64,000 nucleotides of DNA, taken from positions 640,001 to 704,000 of the forward strand of contig CAXVYR010000004.1 of assembly GCA_963666975.2 (NCBI GenBank), given 5' to 3'. Position numbers and translations under genes: made by a program. The first letter of the stretch is position 1; each line of letters begins with the position of its first letter. Shown here in pieces: positions 20,264 to 31,257 of this stretch. The stretch comes from Terriglobia bacterium (GTDB lineage Bacteria > Acidobacteriota > Terriglobia > 2-12-FULL-54-10). The notes beneath the pieces were generated by a model. It saw only the letters and a program-made list of their open reading frames with translations. It did not search any database and was not told the origin of the DNA.

Positions 20264-21659
20264 CCTCCGTGTATATTCGATAGTTATTTGGATTTACGTC
20301 GTTATGCTCAGTCGCAGCGCCCCCTCCCGCCGCCAGAAGCAGCGATGTGGTATTGTCCTCCATTGCCAACAAAGGATCGGCGCCGCTGGTCGCCAGGACA
20401 CGCATGACGCCGGTGTTGTTGTTCATGGCTGCCAGCAAAAAAGGGGTTGCGCCAACTAGGACTATGCCTCCGATTGCAGGCACGTCCTTCCCGAGTCGAG
20501 CGTTCGGATTCGCTCCATGTGCCAGGAGCGCCTTCACCAATTCCTCCATGGTCCGGGAGGTGATGATTATAGCCCCTTGATATCTGCGGCCCAGGTTCTG
20601 CCCCGACGCCGCATAGTGTAGAGCAGTAAACCCTTTTCCGTCGACCGTCGCGTTCGGGTCCGCGCCTTTGTCCAGCAGAAATACGGAAAGCGCTTCGTGT
20701 CCGCTGGAGCTCGCCACCAGTAAGGCGCTCATGCCGTCCGGCGCGGCCTCATTCACATTCGCTCCCGTTGCCAGTAGTATCTGGGCAGAGTCCAGATCGC
20801 CCTGCTGGGCAGCAAACAGCAACGGGGAAAAACCGCCTTTCGAACGGGCATGAACATCCGCTCCGTGCTCGATCAACGGTCGCGCGACATCCGGGTGTTT
20901 TCTTGCCAAAGCCCACATTAGTGCCGTTTGCCCCCCCTGATTTTCTGCCGCGTTTGGGTCCGCTCCGTTAGCCAGCAGCGACTTCACCGCCTTCACGCTT
21001 CCGGTGTCCGCGGCCGCCATGAGCGGCGTTTCTCCTAACGGCAGGGCGGCGTTCGGGTTTGCCCCGGCGCTCAACAGCTTCTCGACCATGACAGCGTTCC
21101 CATTGCGGCAAGCTAGCCATAGAGGAGTGGCGCCATAGTCGTTCCTTGCATTCACGTTTGCGCCGGCATGAATTAGAAGTTCCGCCGTTTCCAGATCATC
21201 CAGGTGGACCGCCCATGCCAGTGCTGTCGCGCCATCCGCACCCGAGCGCATTTACATCGCTGTGGTGCTGTAGCAGGGAGCGGACGGCCTCCTTATCTCT
21301 CTTCTTAACCGAATCAATCAGCCGAAGATCGCTGCTGGCGGCAGCTAGGCTGGCGACTGAAAGCAGAGTTACTATACACCAGACACCAAAAAGCCTAATT
21401 TCAGCACCCATCCTCGGTTTCTCCCTTCGCGGAATTGCTCTCTAAAAACCCGACAAGAAATTTTCGCAGGATCACAATTCGTTCAAATAAAGGCCACCCG
21501 TTTTTTAACAACGAGCTATTGACTGGGTGGAAAGATATCGAATTGGAGCCTGTACGGCTTACTTTGCCGGCGCATCAGCGCCACGCATTGCTATAATTGC
21601 AACCATCGCCCCAAATCTAATCCCACATGCGGAAAAGAAGCCAAGTCCTTCACCACCAT

Positions 21660-23015
21660 TTACACTGCGAGGAGGTTCAGCTTTCCAGTGCTGTCGCCGA
21701 ATTTCTCCACTGGAATCCCTAACATGTCAATCATGGTCAAATACAAATTGGTCATCGGGGTACCCTTTGGATACCGGAGGTGACGGCCTCCTTTGATCTG
21801 ACCTGATCCCCCACCCACTAACAGGGTGGGTAGGTCCGTAGGTATATGCTGGTTACCGTCGCTCAGACCGGCACCATAAACGATCATTAAATGATCCAGC
21901 AGGGAGCCATCGCCGTCAGGCGTAGATCGCAGCCTTTCCAGGAAATAGGCGAACATCTTGGTATGAAAGATGTTGATCTGGAGCGCCTTCGCGATCTTCT
22001 CGGGGTCGCCCTGGTGGTGCGTCAACGGCTGGTACGGATCCCAAATGCCAAGGTCGGGATAGGCCTGAGCGCTCATTTCGTGTCCTACCATGAGGGTGCT
22101 GACGCGGGTCAGGTCGGTCTGATAAGCCAACACCTGCAATTCAAACAGCAACTTAATGTGCTCTGTAAAAGTTGCAGGGATCCCACCAACGGGTCGCTGG
22201 AAGTTCGGCAACTCCCGGGAGGATTGTTCCTCGGCCATCTGGATGCGCCGCTCGACATCTCGAACGGCATCGATATACTGGTTGACCTTGGTACGGTCGC
22301 TGGGGCCGAGATCGCTCAAGAGCCGAGCCACATCTCGGGTCATGAAGTCGAGAATACTGCGCCTCTCCTGGATTCGGGCGAGCTGGCTGGCACGATCCGT
22401 ACTCTCACTGTCCCCGAACAGACGTTCGAACACCACGCGCGGTTGGTTCTCCATCGGCAGCGGCGTCGTGGCATTGCGCCAGCAGATCGTGTTGTGGTAG
22501 GCACAGCTGTAGTTGGCATTGCATGCGCCCACAACCTCGCTGGATTCTATGCCGAGCTCAAGCGACCCGAGTTGGGTATACTTTTGGAGTTCCTTCGCAA
22601 CGATCTGGTCTGCAGATATTCCCGCGACAACATCAGCGCCTCCCGTCGGCTTCGGGTGAACACCCGTAAGGTATGCGCCGCTGGCGCGCGGATGCTCTCC
22701 CACAGGTTCCCCCGGCAGCCCAAGAGCTTCGTTGGAGTCGAGGCCGCTCAGTACGAGAAGCTGATCCCGAAATGGAGCCAGCGGTTCCAGAATCGGAGTC
22801 ATCGCGAAAGCAGCGCCCTCTGTTGCCGGCGTCCATTGATTCATAAGTATCCCGTTCGGAACATAGACGAATGTCATGCGGGTCGCAGACTGGGGCGCCG
22901 TGTCGATCGTGCTGGCGAATGCTGGAATCATTCCTTCCAGCAGCGGGATAGCCAACGTTGTTCCCATCCCGCGCAAAAACGTGCGTCGAGGGATAGCTTT
23001 CTTGAAGATCATCAT
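21660..23015 (-). CDS. DUF1552 domain protein (Tat-like RR leader)
   Basis: 'PRRTFLRGMG', 'YVPNG', 'LGSLELGIE', 'CAY.NTI.W..TTPLPME', 'DGDGSLLDH'; ATGA overlap with the upstream stop. Confidence 0.9.
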   Translation of the reverse strand: MMIFKKAIPRRTFLRGMGTTLAIPLLEGMIPAFASTIDTAPQSATRMTFVYVPNGILMNQWTPATEGAAFAMTPILEPLAPFRDQLLVLSGLDSNEALGLPGEPVGEHPRASGAYLTGVHPKPTGGADVVAGISADQIVAKELQKYTQLGSLELGIESSEVVGACNANYSCAYHNTICWRNATTPLPMENQPRVVFERLFGDSESTDRASQLARIQERRSILDFMTRDVARLLSDLGPSDRTKVNQYIDAVRDVERRIQMAEEQSSRELPNFQRPVGGIPATFTEHIKLLFELQVLAYQTDLTRVSTLMVGHEMSAQAYPDLGIWDPYQPLTHHQGDPEKIAKALQINIFHTKMFAYFLERLRSTPDGDGSLLDHLMIVYGAGLSDGNQHIPTDLPTLLVGGGSGQIKGGRHLRYPKGTPMTNLYLTMIDMLGIPVEKFGDSTGKLNLLAV

Positions 23016-23879
23016 GGCTCTTCCGGCCTCCTCATCTGAAATGGAGTGCTGTTGACTATTCCCAAAACTAGCTCCGACCACCGGTAGTCGCGGGCAGCGA
23101 CCTCCCTTGTGATCTTGCGGATGGCTGGAAAGTCGTAATACTCGACTCCCCGGCCGAGGGCGTAAGTGAGAAGTTTTTCCGTGAGGGTAGTGACAAAATC
23201 TTCGCGACGGCTCAGCAATATTTGCCGGAGCTCCGCAGGACCTTGAAACTTGGTGCCGTCGGGCAGCACCCCGGACGCATCAATAGGAGTGTTCGCCACG
23301 CCGCTGGTGGTCCGCCACCTGCCGATCGCGTCATAGGTTTCGAGCGCGAAGCCCAACGGGTCCATCAGTCGGTGGCAACTTGCGCAGACGGGATTCTTGC
23401 GGTGCTGTTCCATGCGCTCGCGCATTGTGAGGGCCTTGGCATCATTGTCTTCCTTCAATGATGGCACGTTCGCTGGCGGCGGCGGGGGTGGCGTACCCAA
23501 AATGTTTTCGAGCAGCCACTTGCCGCGTATCGTCGGGGCTGTCCTGGTGGCATACGACGTCACTGTCAGAATGCTGCCATGGCCCAGCAACCCTCTCCGA
23601 TTTTCATCGCTCAACGTCACGCGCCGAAACGTGCTGCCGTGAATATTCGGGATCTGATAATGCCGGGCCAAACGTTCGTTGAGGAACGTATAATTCGCGT
23701 CCAATAAATCCAGCACGCTCCGATCCTCGCGCACAATGCTTTCGAAGAAAAGCTCCGTCTCTCGCTGGAATGCCTCCCGCAGGTTGTCGTCGAACTCGGG
23801 AAAGACTGTACGTCGTCAGATAATGTTGGACACAGAGCATAAAAAGATAAGGTGGCGTTCAGGCTCCTCTGGGTTGATG

Positions 23880-24863
23880 TTAGGCTGCCCTTCTTTTGAA
23901 GTGCAACCGTTTTCTTAAGATCATAGTTTTCTCTTTGATGCGATCCCGTTTTTGCAGGATGGCACTGCCTTGGCCTGTAAAAACGTCATACGGTGTCAGG
24001 TTGTTCAGGCTTTCATGGTATCGGTTGGTGTTGTAGTGGTTGACGAAGGCATCGATCTGCCGCTCCAGCTCTTCTGGCAGGTAATAGTTGTTGAGCAGGA
24101 TGCGGTCTTTCAGAGTTCGGTGCCAGCGTTCGATCTTGCCCTGCGTCATGGGGTGATAGGGCTTGCCGCGAGTATGCGGCACGCTGTTTTCTGCCAGCCA
24201 TGATTGCAGTTCGGAAGAGACGTAGCACGGCCCGTTGTCGCTCAGGAGGCGAGGTCTGTGCCGGGCGCCCACGCGGTCGAGGCCGGTGGCTTGCAAAGCA
24301 TCCCGCAACGTGGCCGAGACGTCACTTGCGCTCATGGTTTTGCACAGCCGCCAGGCGATGATATAGCGCGAGAAGTCGTCCAGCACCGTGGACAGGTAGA
24401 ACCAGCCCCAACCGATGACTTTCAGGTAGGTGAAGTCGGTCTGCCAGAGCTGGTTGACCGCCGTGGTCGGGTTGGCGAACCGTTCCGCCGCTTTCAGGAC
24501 AATAAAGGCTGGCGCGGTAATCAGGTCATGGCTTTTCAGGACGCGGTAAACCGTCGATTCAGAAAGGTAATACCGCCTTTCCTCGGTAAAACGCACCGCC
24601 AGCTCGCGTGACGACAGATCGGGCTCGGCCAGGGCTAACGTCACCAACTGCTGAGTTATCTCCTCCGGCACCTTGTTCCAGACAGGGCCAGGATCGGGTT
24701 TTTTGTCTTCCAGCCCATCAAAGCCTTCCGACACATAGCGGTCGTACCAGTTGTAAAACGTCGATCTGGGAATGCCAACCTGCTGCAGCGTCCGGCGCAC
24801 CCCCAGGGCAGATTGCTCCACCGTGCAGATGATCTCCAGCTTCTCCGAGGCAGGGTATCTCAT
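23880..24863 (-). CDS. Transposase OrfB (rve integrase core)
   Basis: 'WQTDFTY', 'LLSDNG', 'PMTQGKIERWHRTLK'. Confidence 0.93.
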   Translation of the reverse strand: MRYPASEKLEIICTVEQSALGVRRTLQQVGIPRSTFYNWYDRYVSEGFDGLEDKKPDPGPVWNKVPEEITQQLVTLALAEPDLSSRELAVRFTEERRYYLSESTVYRVLKSHDLITAPAFIVLKAAERFANPTTAVNQLWQTDFTYLKVIGWGWFYLSTVLDDFSRYIIAWRLCKTMSASDVSATLRDALQATGLDRVGARHRPRLLSDNGPCYVSSELQSWLAENSVPHTRGKPYHPMTQGKIERWHRTLKDRILLNNYYLPEELERQIDAFVNHYNTNRYHESLNNLTPYDVFTGQGSAILQKRDRIKEKTMILRKRLHFKRRAA

Positions 24864-25231
24864 GTATGTTCCTCCCCATCCCCGATCACGCTTTTTTTTA
24901 GCAGGCGATTTTCCAGCATAGCCTCGGCCAGGGCCTCTTTCAGCTGTACGGCCTGCTCCCGCAGAGTCTTGACTTCGCCACTGGTTGCCTCACGGTCTAT
25001 GTCGCCCGCCAGCCGCTTGCGGCCAGCCTCCAGAAACTCCTTGCTCCAGCGGTAATACTGGTTCTGGTGCAGCCCCTCGCGGCGGCACAGCTCCGCGATG
25101 CTGTCCTCGCCGCGAAGTCCCTGCAATACAATGCGGATTTTGTCTTCCGGGCTGAACCTGCGCCGCGTCCTGCGTTTGATCTCCCGGACGGCCTTCTCGA
25201 CCGCCCCCCTGTCGTCTTGTTTTTGTCTCAT
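24860..25231 (-). CDS. Transposase OrfA (HTH), probable -1 frameshift into OrfB
   Basis: 'RRFSPEDKIRIVL', 'IAELCRREG'; A8G slippery run at 24891-24899 on the minus strand. Confidence 0.88.
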   Translation of the reverse strand: MRQKQDDRGAVEKAVREIKRRTRRRFSPEDKIRIVLQGLRGEDSIAELCRREGLHQNQYYRWSKEFLEAGRKRLAGDIDREATSGEVKTLREQAVQLKEALAEAMLENRLLKKSVIGDGEEHT

Positions 25232-26995
25232 CTTCGTTCCTTTCAGTCTCTACGATGAGCCAAAAACATCACCTTAACTATTACCCTCTACCTGTCCAAC
25301 AAGCCCTGACGGGGCACAGGGAAAGACATCTGGATCCGGATACACCGAATCCATGTTGCGCAGGTATAGCCACTGTCCGGCAAAATTGCTCACCAGCGCC
25401 TCCGAGCGAGAATCGCCGAGCATACGCCTAACCTGCTCTTCCAGTACCGCAGGATCTTTGAGCTTACCGCGTTCGGCCCAGTCTAAAAGCTCCTCGTCAG
25501 GTATGCTGCTCCACAGGAAAAAAGACGAACGGGAGGCCAGTTCGAGGTCGCTGATGCCATAAGCGTTACCCGGCGCCACGTTCGCCGGGTCGCGTTCGAC
25601 GCGGAACAGGAACCCTGGACTAACCAGCATTCCCTGGAGGGCCATCCTGATTCCTGCTTCGAACCCTCCTTTGCTTTGGCCAGCCTTGTAGAGGCTCAAT
25701 AGAGGCTGTACATCTTCGTCAGTTACAGGCCGGCGATAAGCGCGACGCGCTAGCGTGGAGAGAATCTTCTTGGCGCAGGGCTCTGCGTCTCCGCTGTCGG
25801 CTGGGCGGCACACAAAAATCTTGCGGCGACTGGGTGTGTCCCCCGGCCCTTCTGGATCGTAGGGCCCAGCGATCATGACACTGCCCACGCCCTCCCGCGA
25901 TTCCTTCCCCAACCTAGCGTTCCGCTCAAGTGCACCTTCAGGTTTCACAGTTCCTTTCAAGAACGTGACCCCAACCAGATGCGGACCCGCTTTCGCCGGG
26001 AAGCGGACCTCTATGCCGTCATCCGCCGTGCGCTCGTATTTCTCCTGTTCGGGGTCTCCGATTGCTTGGCCTCCACCGGACTTGCCCTTGCGCTCGCCTC
26101 CAACCGTAAATAGCATGATCCTTGAGCCATCCAAGCGGACATCGATCAGCTTCGGCTCCGCGATGCCGACGATAATCCCATCATTATGGGAAGATCTTTG
26201 CAGGCGAACTGTGATGATGTACTCGCCGTCCAGCGGGAAGTAATGGCGAAACGCGATTCCGCCGCGCGACCCGAACGGCAAATCTTCGCTCATGCGGTCC
26301 TCTTGCACAAGGCGCTGGGGGACATCGTACGTCTTGAGCGCCGGTGACATAGAGGCATCCCCAACGGCTAGACGAGAGATCTTCTCTGCTGCTGACAGGT
26401 ATCTTTCCAGCAGCGCCGGCGAGACCGTGAGATTTTCCCCGATGTTGTCAAAGCCGTAGCCTGCCGAATCGTCGCCGGGAAGAAGAGATCTGCCATTGAT
26501 CTCAAGCGCAAGCAAGTCGCGGATTGCGTTGGTGTATTCGGTTCGATTCAGGCGATGGATGACTGCCCTGCCGGGATTGGGATTGGCCTTGGCAGCGCGG
26601 TCGAGCTCAGTCTCCAGGTACGTGGCGAAGGAGTCATAAGTGGCCTCATCAGGCCGCGGCATGCCGGCGGGGGGCATCGCTCCGGTCCGTAGTTTACGAA
26701 TAACCTTTTCCCAAACCTCCGCGCGCGCGGGAACATTCTCGAGGTCCATCTTGTCAAGCATCAGTTCCGCTGTTCGTAAATTTTCATTATGGCAGGTGAC
26801 ACAGTAGCGGTTGAGAACTGAACGGTATGGCGAGGTTGGCGCGGCAACACGGCTCGACAATTCTTGTGCAGGCGCATCCAGGTAGCTACCCGCAACCAGC
26901 GCGATTGTGGCCCAGGCCAGAATCGTTCTTAGCATAGATACCCGCCTCCTGCCTTGAGTTGTCCAAGTGTACCAGATGAAAATTGCACTAGGCAA

Positions 26996-27143
26996 GGTGC
27001 TTCCGCAATCGACTGTTGGTGCGATCAGCATAACCCTATAATGTTCAATATGTTGCTGGAAGAAATGGCCTTAGTAGTTCTGAAGCGTGGCAAATATAGA
27101 ATCAGCCAATTTGTTGTTGGAGATAGGAATGCGCTAACAACAC
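26996..27143. repeat. Second, right-truncated copy of the 18254-18419 MITE
   Basis: Colinear with 18254-18402 from ggtgcttccgcaatcgactgttggtg to gcgctaacaacac; right inverted repeat absent. Confidence 0.8.
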
Positions 27144-27235
27144 TACCGCATCCTGTACCCCAGAATCAGTTTCATAACCACAGGCTGTGATGTGAACGCT
27201 CTCAGTCACCCTGGCACAATAATTCGGTCTGGTCA

Positions 27236-29563
27236 CTAGAAGTCGAACGAGTAGGTGAGCTTGAGCTGTAGGGAGCGATCCTTCTGACCGCCGAACACGC
27301 CCGCAATTTGGCGGCCTTCGTTATCGAACACGCTCCGGCGGCCTTCATTATAAACCAGGAAGAGATCGTCACCGGGCCGGAAGATGTAGTTCAGGCGGAA
27401 GTTGATCCCGGCAAAGGAGTCCACGTTGTTGTACTGAATGGTAGTCCCGGTGAGCCATTGATTGTTGAAATTGTAATTGATGCGAAAATTCGCGACGTGC
27501 TGAATGAAGCTGGTTTGGCCAAAGGTAATATCATTGATCCTATAATTCAGCTCGAATGAGAGGTTGTCGGTCAGTTTCAGTTTCGGCTGGACCCTCCATT
27601 CTATTAGATCACCGCCGAAGTATCCGGGATTCGGTGTGACACTTATGTTTCCGGAAAGCCTTCTTGCCGGATTGGCGCTGTACTGATACCGCACGTACCA
27701 CCAGCCGTAGTCACCCCGAGGAACCACCACTTCCGGCACACCCGGGGGCACATCCGGGCGAAACAGTTCGCTCAGCCTCTCAAAACGGTAGTGAGGGGAA
27801 ACCTGAACGGAGTCGCCGCTCTGGAAATGTACTTGGATCGTGTAATGATTGCGCCGCCTATCGAACTCCCAGTCGCTATTGGTAACGTAATCGAATCGGG
27901 TCCGCAGTTCGATTTGGCGGATGGGACCACTTCTCGGACGGGGCTTGAGTTGCAGGGTGGGAGTCACACGCCGTATGTTTGTTTGGTTAATAAATCCCAG
28001 ATCATCCCGGAAATTGGGTTCAATGAAAACGTAGTCCAGGCCCGTCGACAAAAAATCACTGTTCCACCGGATCGTGCCGCTGCTGACCCAGTTTTGTTCC
28101 GTGTTCCCCGGTTGTTGCGATTTGGCCCACAGGCCTGCCACGCGTAAATATTTGTAGAAGTTGAAGTTCGCGTCAACACCGTAGACCCGGTTGAAATCCG
28201 CTGTGCCCCCGAGCTCTCTATTCAGAAAAAACCCCCCAACAGTGGAACGGGCCAGTACATTGCGTTTGACCCTGACCACGCTGTAATTGCTCGCGGGAAC
28301 GCTAAAATTTTCCGACTCGTCCAAGGGATCGGTCTGGACACTCATCAAGCCCAGGGTGAAGCCCTGTAGATTACCGGTGATGCGGGCTCCAGCGTTGATG
28401 GGCACAGGTTGTCCCTTGCTAAGGCCGATCCGTCGGCTGTGAAATAACTTCATGTCGGTGGTGCCTTCGGCTCTGGACAGGCCAAATTCAAAGATACCCG
28501 CCCCCTCCAGGAAAAACTCTCTCTTTTCAGCGAAGAAAAGCGGGAAGCGGTCCAGGTTCACCCGCTGATCATCGACTTCAGTCTGGGCAAAGTCGGTCCG
28601 CCAGGTCATGTCCGCCGTGAGGCCCGGCGTGATCCGATATTTCAAAACTTCTATCCCGATGTCGGAGGCGTTGCGGAACGTGCTTCGGAATGGATCGGTG
28701 GCTCCGGGTATTGGATTCAGCCTGCGCTCGTTGACAAAACCTCCTAACACGTAGGGCTTGATTCGCAGCGTCAGTCCCGCATCGATCTCCTCTATCCCTT
28801 CCAGATGCCCTCCCTGTGAGATGTTTTCCAGATCGAATCCGCGATGGAAGCTGTTCCAGTAAGAAAACTCATTTTTCCGCCGAATCACTCGCTCCAGGTC
28901 TAATCCCCAGCCTTGCCCGTCTTCTTCACTCACTCGCAGGCTCTTGAAGGGGATGGCGAACTCCGCCGTCCAACCCGCCGGGCTCACCTGGGAAGCTACA
29001 TCCCACTTCTCGTCCCAGTTTTCGTTCACATCGTTCCCTTCGTCGGTAATCATGGCGTCATATTGGGTGCCCAGTGGATTCGTGCGGAACAGGAAAGCAT
29101 TGCGGTGGTCGTGAAAGGTATCGAGCACGAGGGTGATGGTGTCGTCGTTTACCAGATTGTTGTCCCGCCGCCGCTCGGTAGCCAGTATTCCGTCGGCGCC
29201 GGCGTCATAGCAGATGACCCCAACGTATAAGGTCGTGGCCGTGTAGAGGACGCGGAACTCCGTCCTTTCCGTGGAGGCTTCACCCTCCTGCGGATCTTTC
29301 TGAACGAATCCCAGGGAGACCTGAGCTTGCTGCCATGCCGGCTCGTCGAGGCTCCCGTCCACATCCACCGGCAGTTCGATCTGAATCGCAGTGATGGTTC
29401 TTTTGCCGTGGGCCCCGGCTGCAATCTGGAGACCGCTCTGGGCGTGACTGGGAAATGCAGCGAGTGCGGAAAGCAGCGTAAGGATAAACAGAAGAAGCCA
29501 TCGATGCAGGCTGGTGTTTCGCGCTGACAGAGCCTCATTCTTTTCAAACACCATTGGCTGCAA
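27236..29563 (-). CDS. DUF5916 / CBM9-like outer-membrane protein
   Basis: 'VDGSLDEPAW', 'LDTFHDHRNAF.F.TNPLG', 'DFAQTEVD', 'EKREFFLEG', C-terminal 'KLTYSFDF'; start uncertain. Confidence 0.85.
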   Translation of the reverse strand: MQPMVFEKNEALSARNTSLHRWLLLFILTLLSALAAFPSHAQSGLQIAAGAHGKRTITAIQIELPVDVDGSLDEPAWQQAQVSLGFVQKDPQEGEASTERTEFRVLYTATTLYVGVICYDAGADGILATERRRDNNLVNDDTITLVLDTFHDHRNAFLFRTNPLGTQYDAMITDEGNDVNENWDEKWDVASQVSPAGWTAEFAIPFKSLRVSEEDGQGWGLDLERVIRRKNEFSYWNSFHRGFDLENISQGGHLEGIEEIDAGLTLRIKPYVLGGFVNERRLNPIPGATDPFRSTFRNASDIGIEVLKYRITPGLTADMTWRTDFAQTEVDDQRVNLDRFPLFFAEKREFFLEGAGIFEFGLSRAEGTTDMKLFHSRRIGLSKGQPVPINAGARITGNLQGFTLGLMSVQTDPLDESENFSVPASNYSVVRVKRNVLARSTVGGFFLNRELGGTADFNRVYGVDANFNFYKYLRVAGLWAKSQQPGNTEQNWVSSGTIRWNSDFLSTGLDYVFIEPNFRDDLGFINQTNIRRVTPTLQLKPRPRSGPIRQIELRTRFDYVTNSDWEFDRRRNHYTIQVHFQSGDSVQVSPHYRFERLSELFRPDVPPGVPEVVVPRGDYGWWYVRYQYSANPARRLSGNISVTPNPGYFGGDLIEWRVQPKLKLTDNLSFELNYRINDITFGQTSFIQHVANFRINYNFNNQWLTGTTIQYNNVDSFAGINFRLNYIFRPGDDLFLVYNEGRRSVFDNEGRQIAGVFGGQKDRSLQLKLTYSFDF

Positions 29564-29877
29564 GGTGGTTTTTTTAGTCTGATAAATGGTTATGTCCCCC
29601 CCTCGCCATCCCGGACGAAGTGGAGCATCCTAGTCGGAATCGCCGTTTTCAAGTCTGCCTTCTGCAGATCATACACCAGCCACCCTCTTATATCCAGTTC
29701 AGATTGTCATGGACGTGGCAGCGCAGCTCGTTTTGGCCGTTTTGCCGATTTGTCTGTTGTTCTCATGAAGAATGTAGTGTTGCTGAAACTAACATCAATA
29801 TTGAGGTTAGCAGAAGGTTTTTTCTCCGATTTCAAACCGGGAATGCGGGCTAAACGGGCATTCGTGATACCGTTTGT

Positions 29878-30690
29878 TCAGATGTCGGCAAAGTCGCCAT
29901 GTCGCCCCTTGCCTTGTGAGAATCTTCTCGCACCCTCTGCCCCTTCGCGGAAATGCACATCGACGCTGTTCGCCCACTCGCACTTGAGTGCCTCGCGGAC
30001 CGTGAGCCCATAGGTCTCGTAGACGTTGCGTCGGTCGGCAAGAACAGCCGCCTGCGGGAAGCGCGCGATCTCTTGGGCCAGCGCTTCAGCGGCCCCGCGC
30101 GCTTTGCCCCTCGGCACCACCTTCTCGCACAGGCCGATGCGTAGCGCTTCTTCAGCAGGAACTTTGCGGCCCGTGAGGATGATCTCCATTGCGCGTCCCG
30201 TTCCGACAAGTCGCGGAAGCCGCACCGTGCCACCATCGAACAGCGGCACCCCCCAACGCCGGCAGTAGACGCCAAAGTAGGCGTCCTCGGCCATGACGCG
30301 GATGTCACACCAAAGCGCAAGCTCCATACCGCCAGCGAGCGCCGGGCCCTCGATCGCCGCAACGACCGGTTTGGACAGTTCGAGGCGCGAGGGTCCTAGC
30401 GGGCCTCGGGGAACCGGCTCCGTGCCTTGCGGGAAGCCTAACCCTTCGACAATTTCACGCTGAAATTTCTCACGATCATCTAGGGTGCTTGCATACTTGA
30501 GATCCCAGCCCGCACAAAACACCCCGCCCGCGCCCCAGAACACCGCAACCTTCGCCTCGGGATCGCGATCGAAAGCCCAGAAAGCCTCCACCAACGCATC
30601 AGCCGTTTCCGGATCAACCGCATTACGGGCGTTAGGGCGATCGTTGATGATGACCGAAACCTGGCCCTTTCTTTCCACAATGACCGTCAT
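29878..30690 (-). CDS. Crotonase/enoyl-CoA hydratase family protein
   Basis: 'RNAVD', 'FCAGWDL', 'GGMELALWCD', 'DGGTVRLPRLVG'. Confidence 0.93.
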   Translation of the reverse strand: MTVIVERKGQVSVIINDRPNARNAVDPETADALVEAFWAFDRDPEAKVAVFWGAGGVFCAGWDLKYASTLDDREKFQREIVEGLGFPQGTEPVPRGPLGPSRLELSKPVVAAIEGPALAGGMELALWCDIRVMAEDAYFGVYCRRWGVPLFDGGTVRLPRLVGTGRAMEIILTGRKVPAEEALRIGLCEKVVPRGKARGAAEALAQEIARFPQAAVLADRRNVYETYGLTVREALKCEWANSVDVHFREGAEGARRFSQGKGRHGDFADI

Positions 30691-30814
30691 GATCGTCTCC
30701 GTAATAGTGTAATTTTAGGAGCAGAAAAATCGCCTTGCGCCACCGCGTAGCAAACGCAGATAATCGTCTTCCCAGAACCTGAAGGATTGTTCACCGGAAC
30801 AATCTTCCCATTAT

Positions 30815-31060
30815 CCGGAATTAACTTTTTGCCCTTACGGCGGTTGCGAGTATACCCTCGCTTGCCTCCAGTCGAGCCCACCGAGCACAATTGTTTACTC
30901 GAGATGGTCCCGCTGGCTCCCAACCGCCCTTTTCCAGGTCCTGAAAACGCATCGGCCCGGCTGTTTTTTGCTGAAATCGCACGGCCATACGAGCCAACCG
31001 CGCAGTTCCTGGATGCGGGGACTTCCTGCACTTGGTTATGTGTTTGTCGTGACTGTAGTG
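30815..31060 (-). repeat. Dispersed non-coding element, long copy A (candidate structured RNA/promoter module)
   Basis: Colinear with 50002-50230; identical 36-nt core at 30997-31032 and 50169-50204. Confidence 0.75.
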
Positions 31061-31257
31061 GGTATATAGGGAGGGTATACCCTGGAGGACCCAGGCCAAG
31101 TCGCCTCCGGCCCTTCCTTTCCATCCCCCTCACAAGTCATTACACCCACTACGGGTCTGCGGAGACGAGGCTTTCAAATTTCTGATCGCTTGTCCCAGTA
31201 GATCCCTATTTGTCAGAAGGCCTACCCCACGACGGAAGCCGCAACTCGGCGCATCTT

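Larger units (their letters stand above)
18460..21411 (-). pseudogene. Secreted ankyrin-repeat protein, interrupted by IS256 and a frameshift
   Basis: Multiple 'G.TPL..A..G' repeats; removing the IS and one target copy restores '...IYTEAAERRALEAFKLAVELGADVNA'; extra frameshift near 21245. Confidence 0.9.
23807..25318 (-). mobile_element. IS3/IS481-type element (1512 bp), two ORFs
   Basis: Ends TGT...ACA with imperfect inverted repeats (tgtacgtcgtcag / ctgacggggcaca); 9-bp target duplication gggaaagac (23798-23806, 25319-25327). Confidence 0.93.
23012..26935 (-). pseudogene. DUF1592/DUF1588/DUF1585-type protein with N-terminal cytochrome c motif, interrupted by an IS
   Basis: 'YCVTCH', 'HRLNRTEY.N.IRDLL', 'LELASR.SFFLWSS.PD', 'CASCH'; excision restores '...PDVFPEFDDNLREAF...'. 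Confidence 0.9.

Noticed and set aside
29572-29602. dif-like gataa-atgg-ttatgtcccc
   Set aside because: The spacer is 4 bp rather than 6 and the arms match poorly.
30687-31185. ORFs over the dispersed element, sharing 'VQEVPASRNCAV' with 50036-50257
   Set aside because: Differences between copies are mostly non-synonymous in the open frames, and starts and stops are not shared; treated as non-coding.
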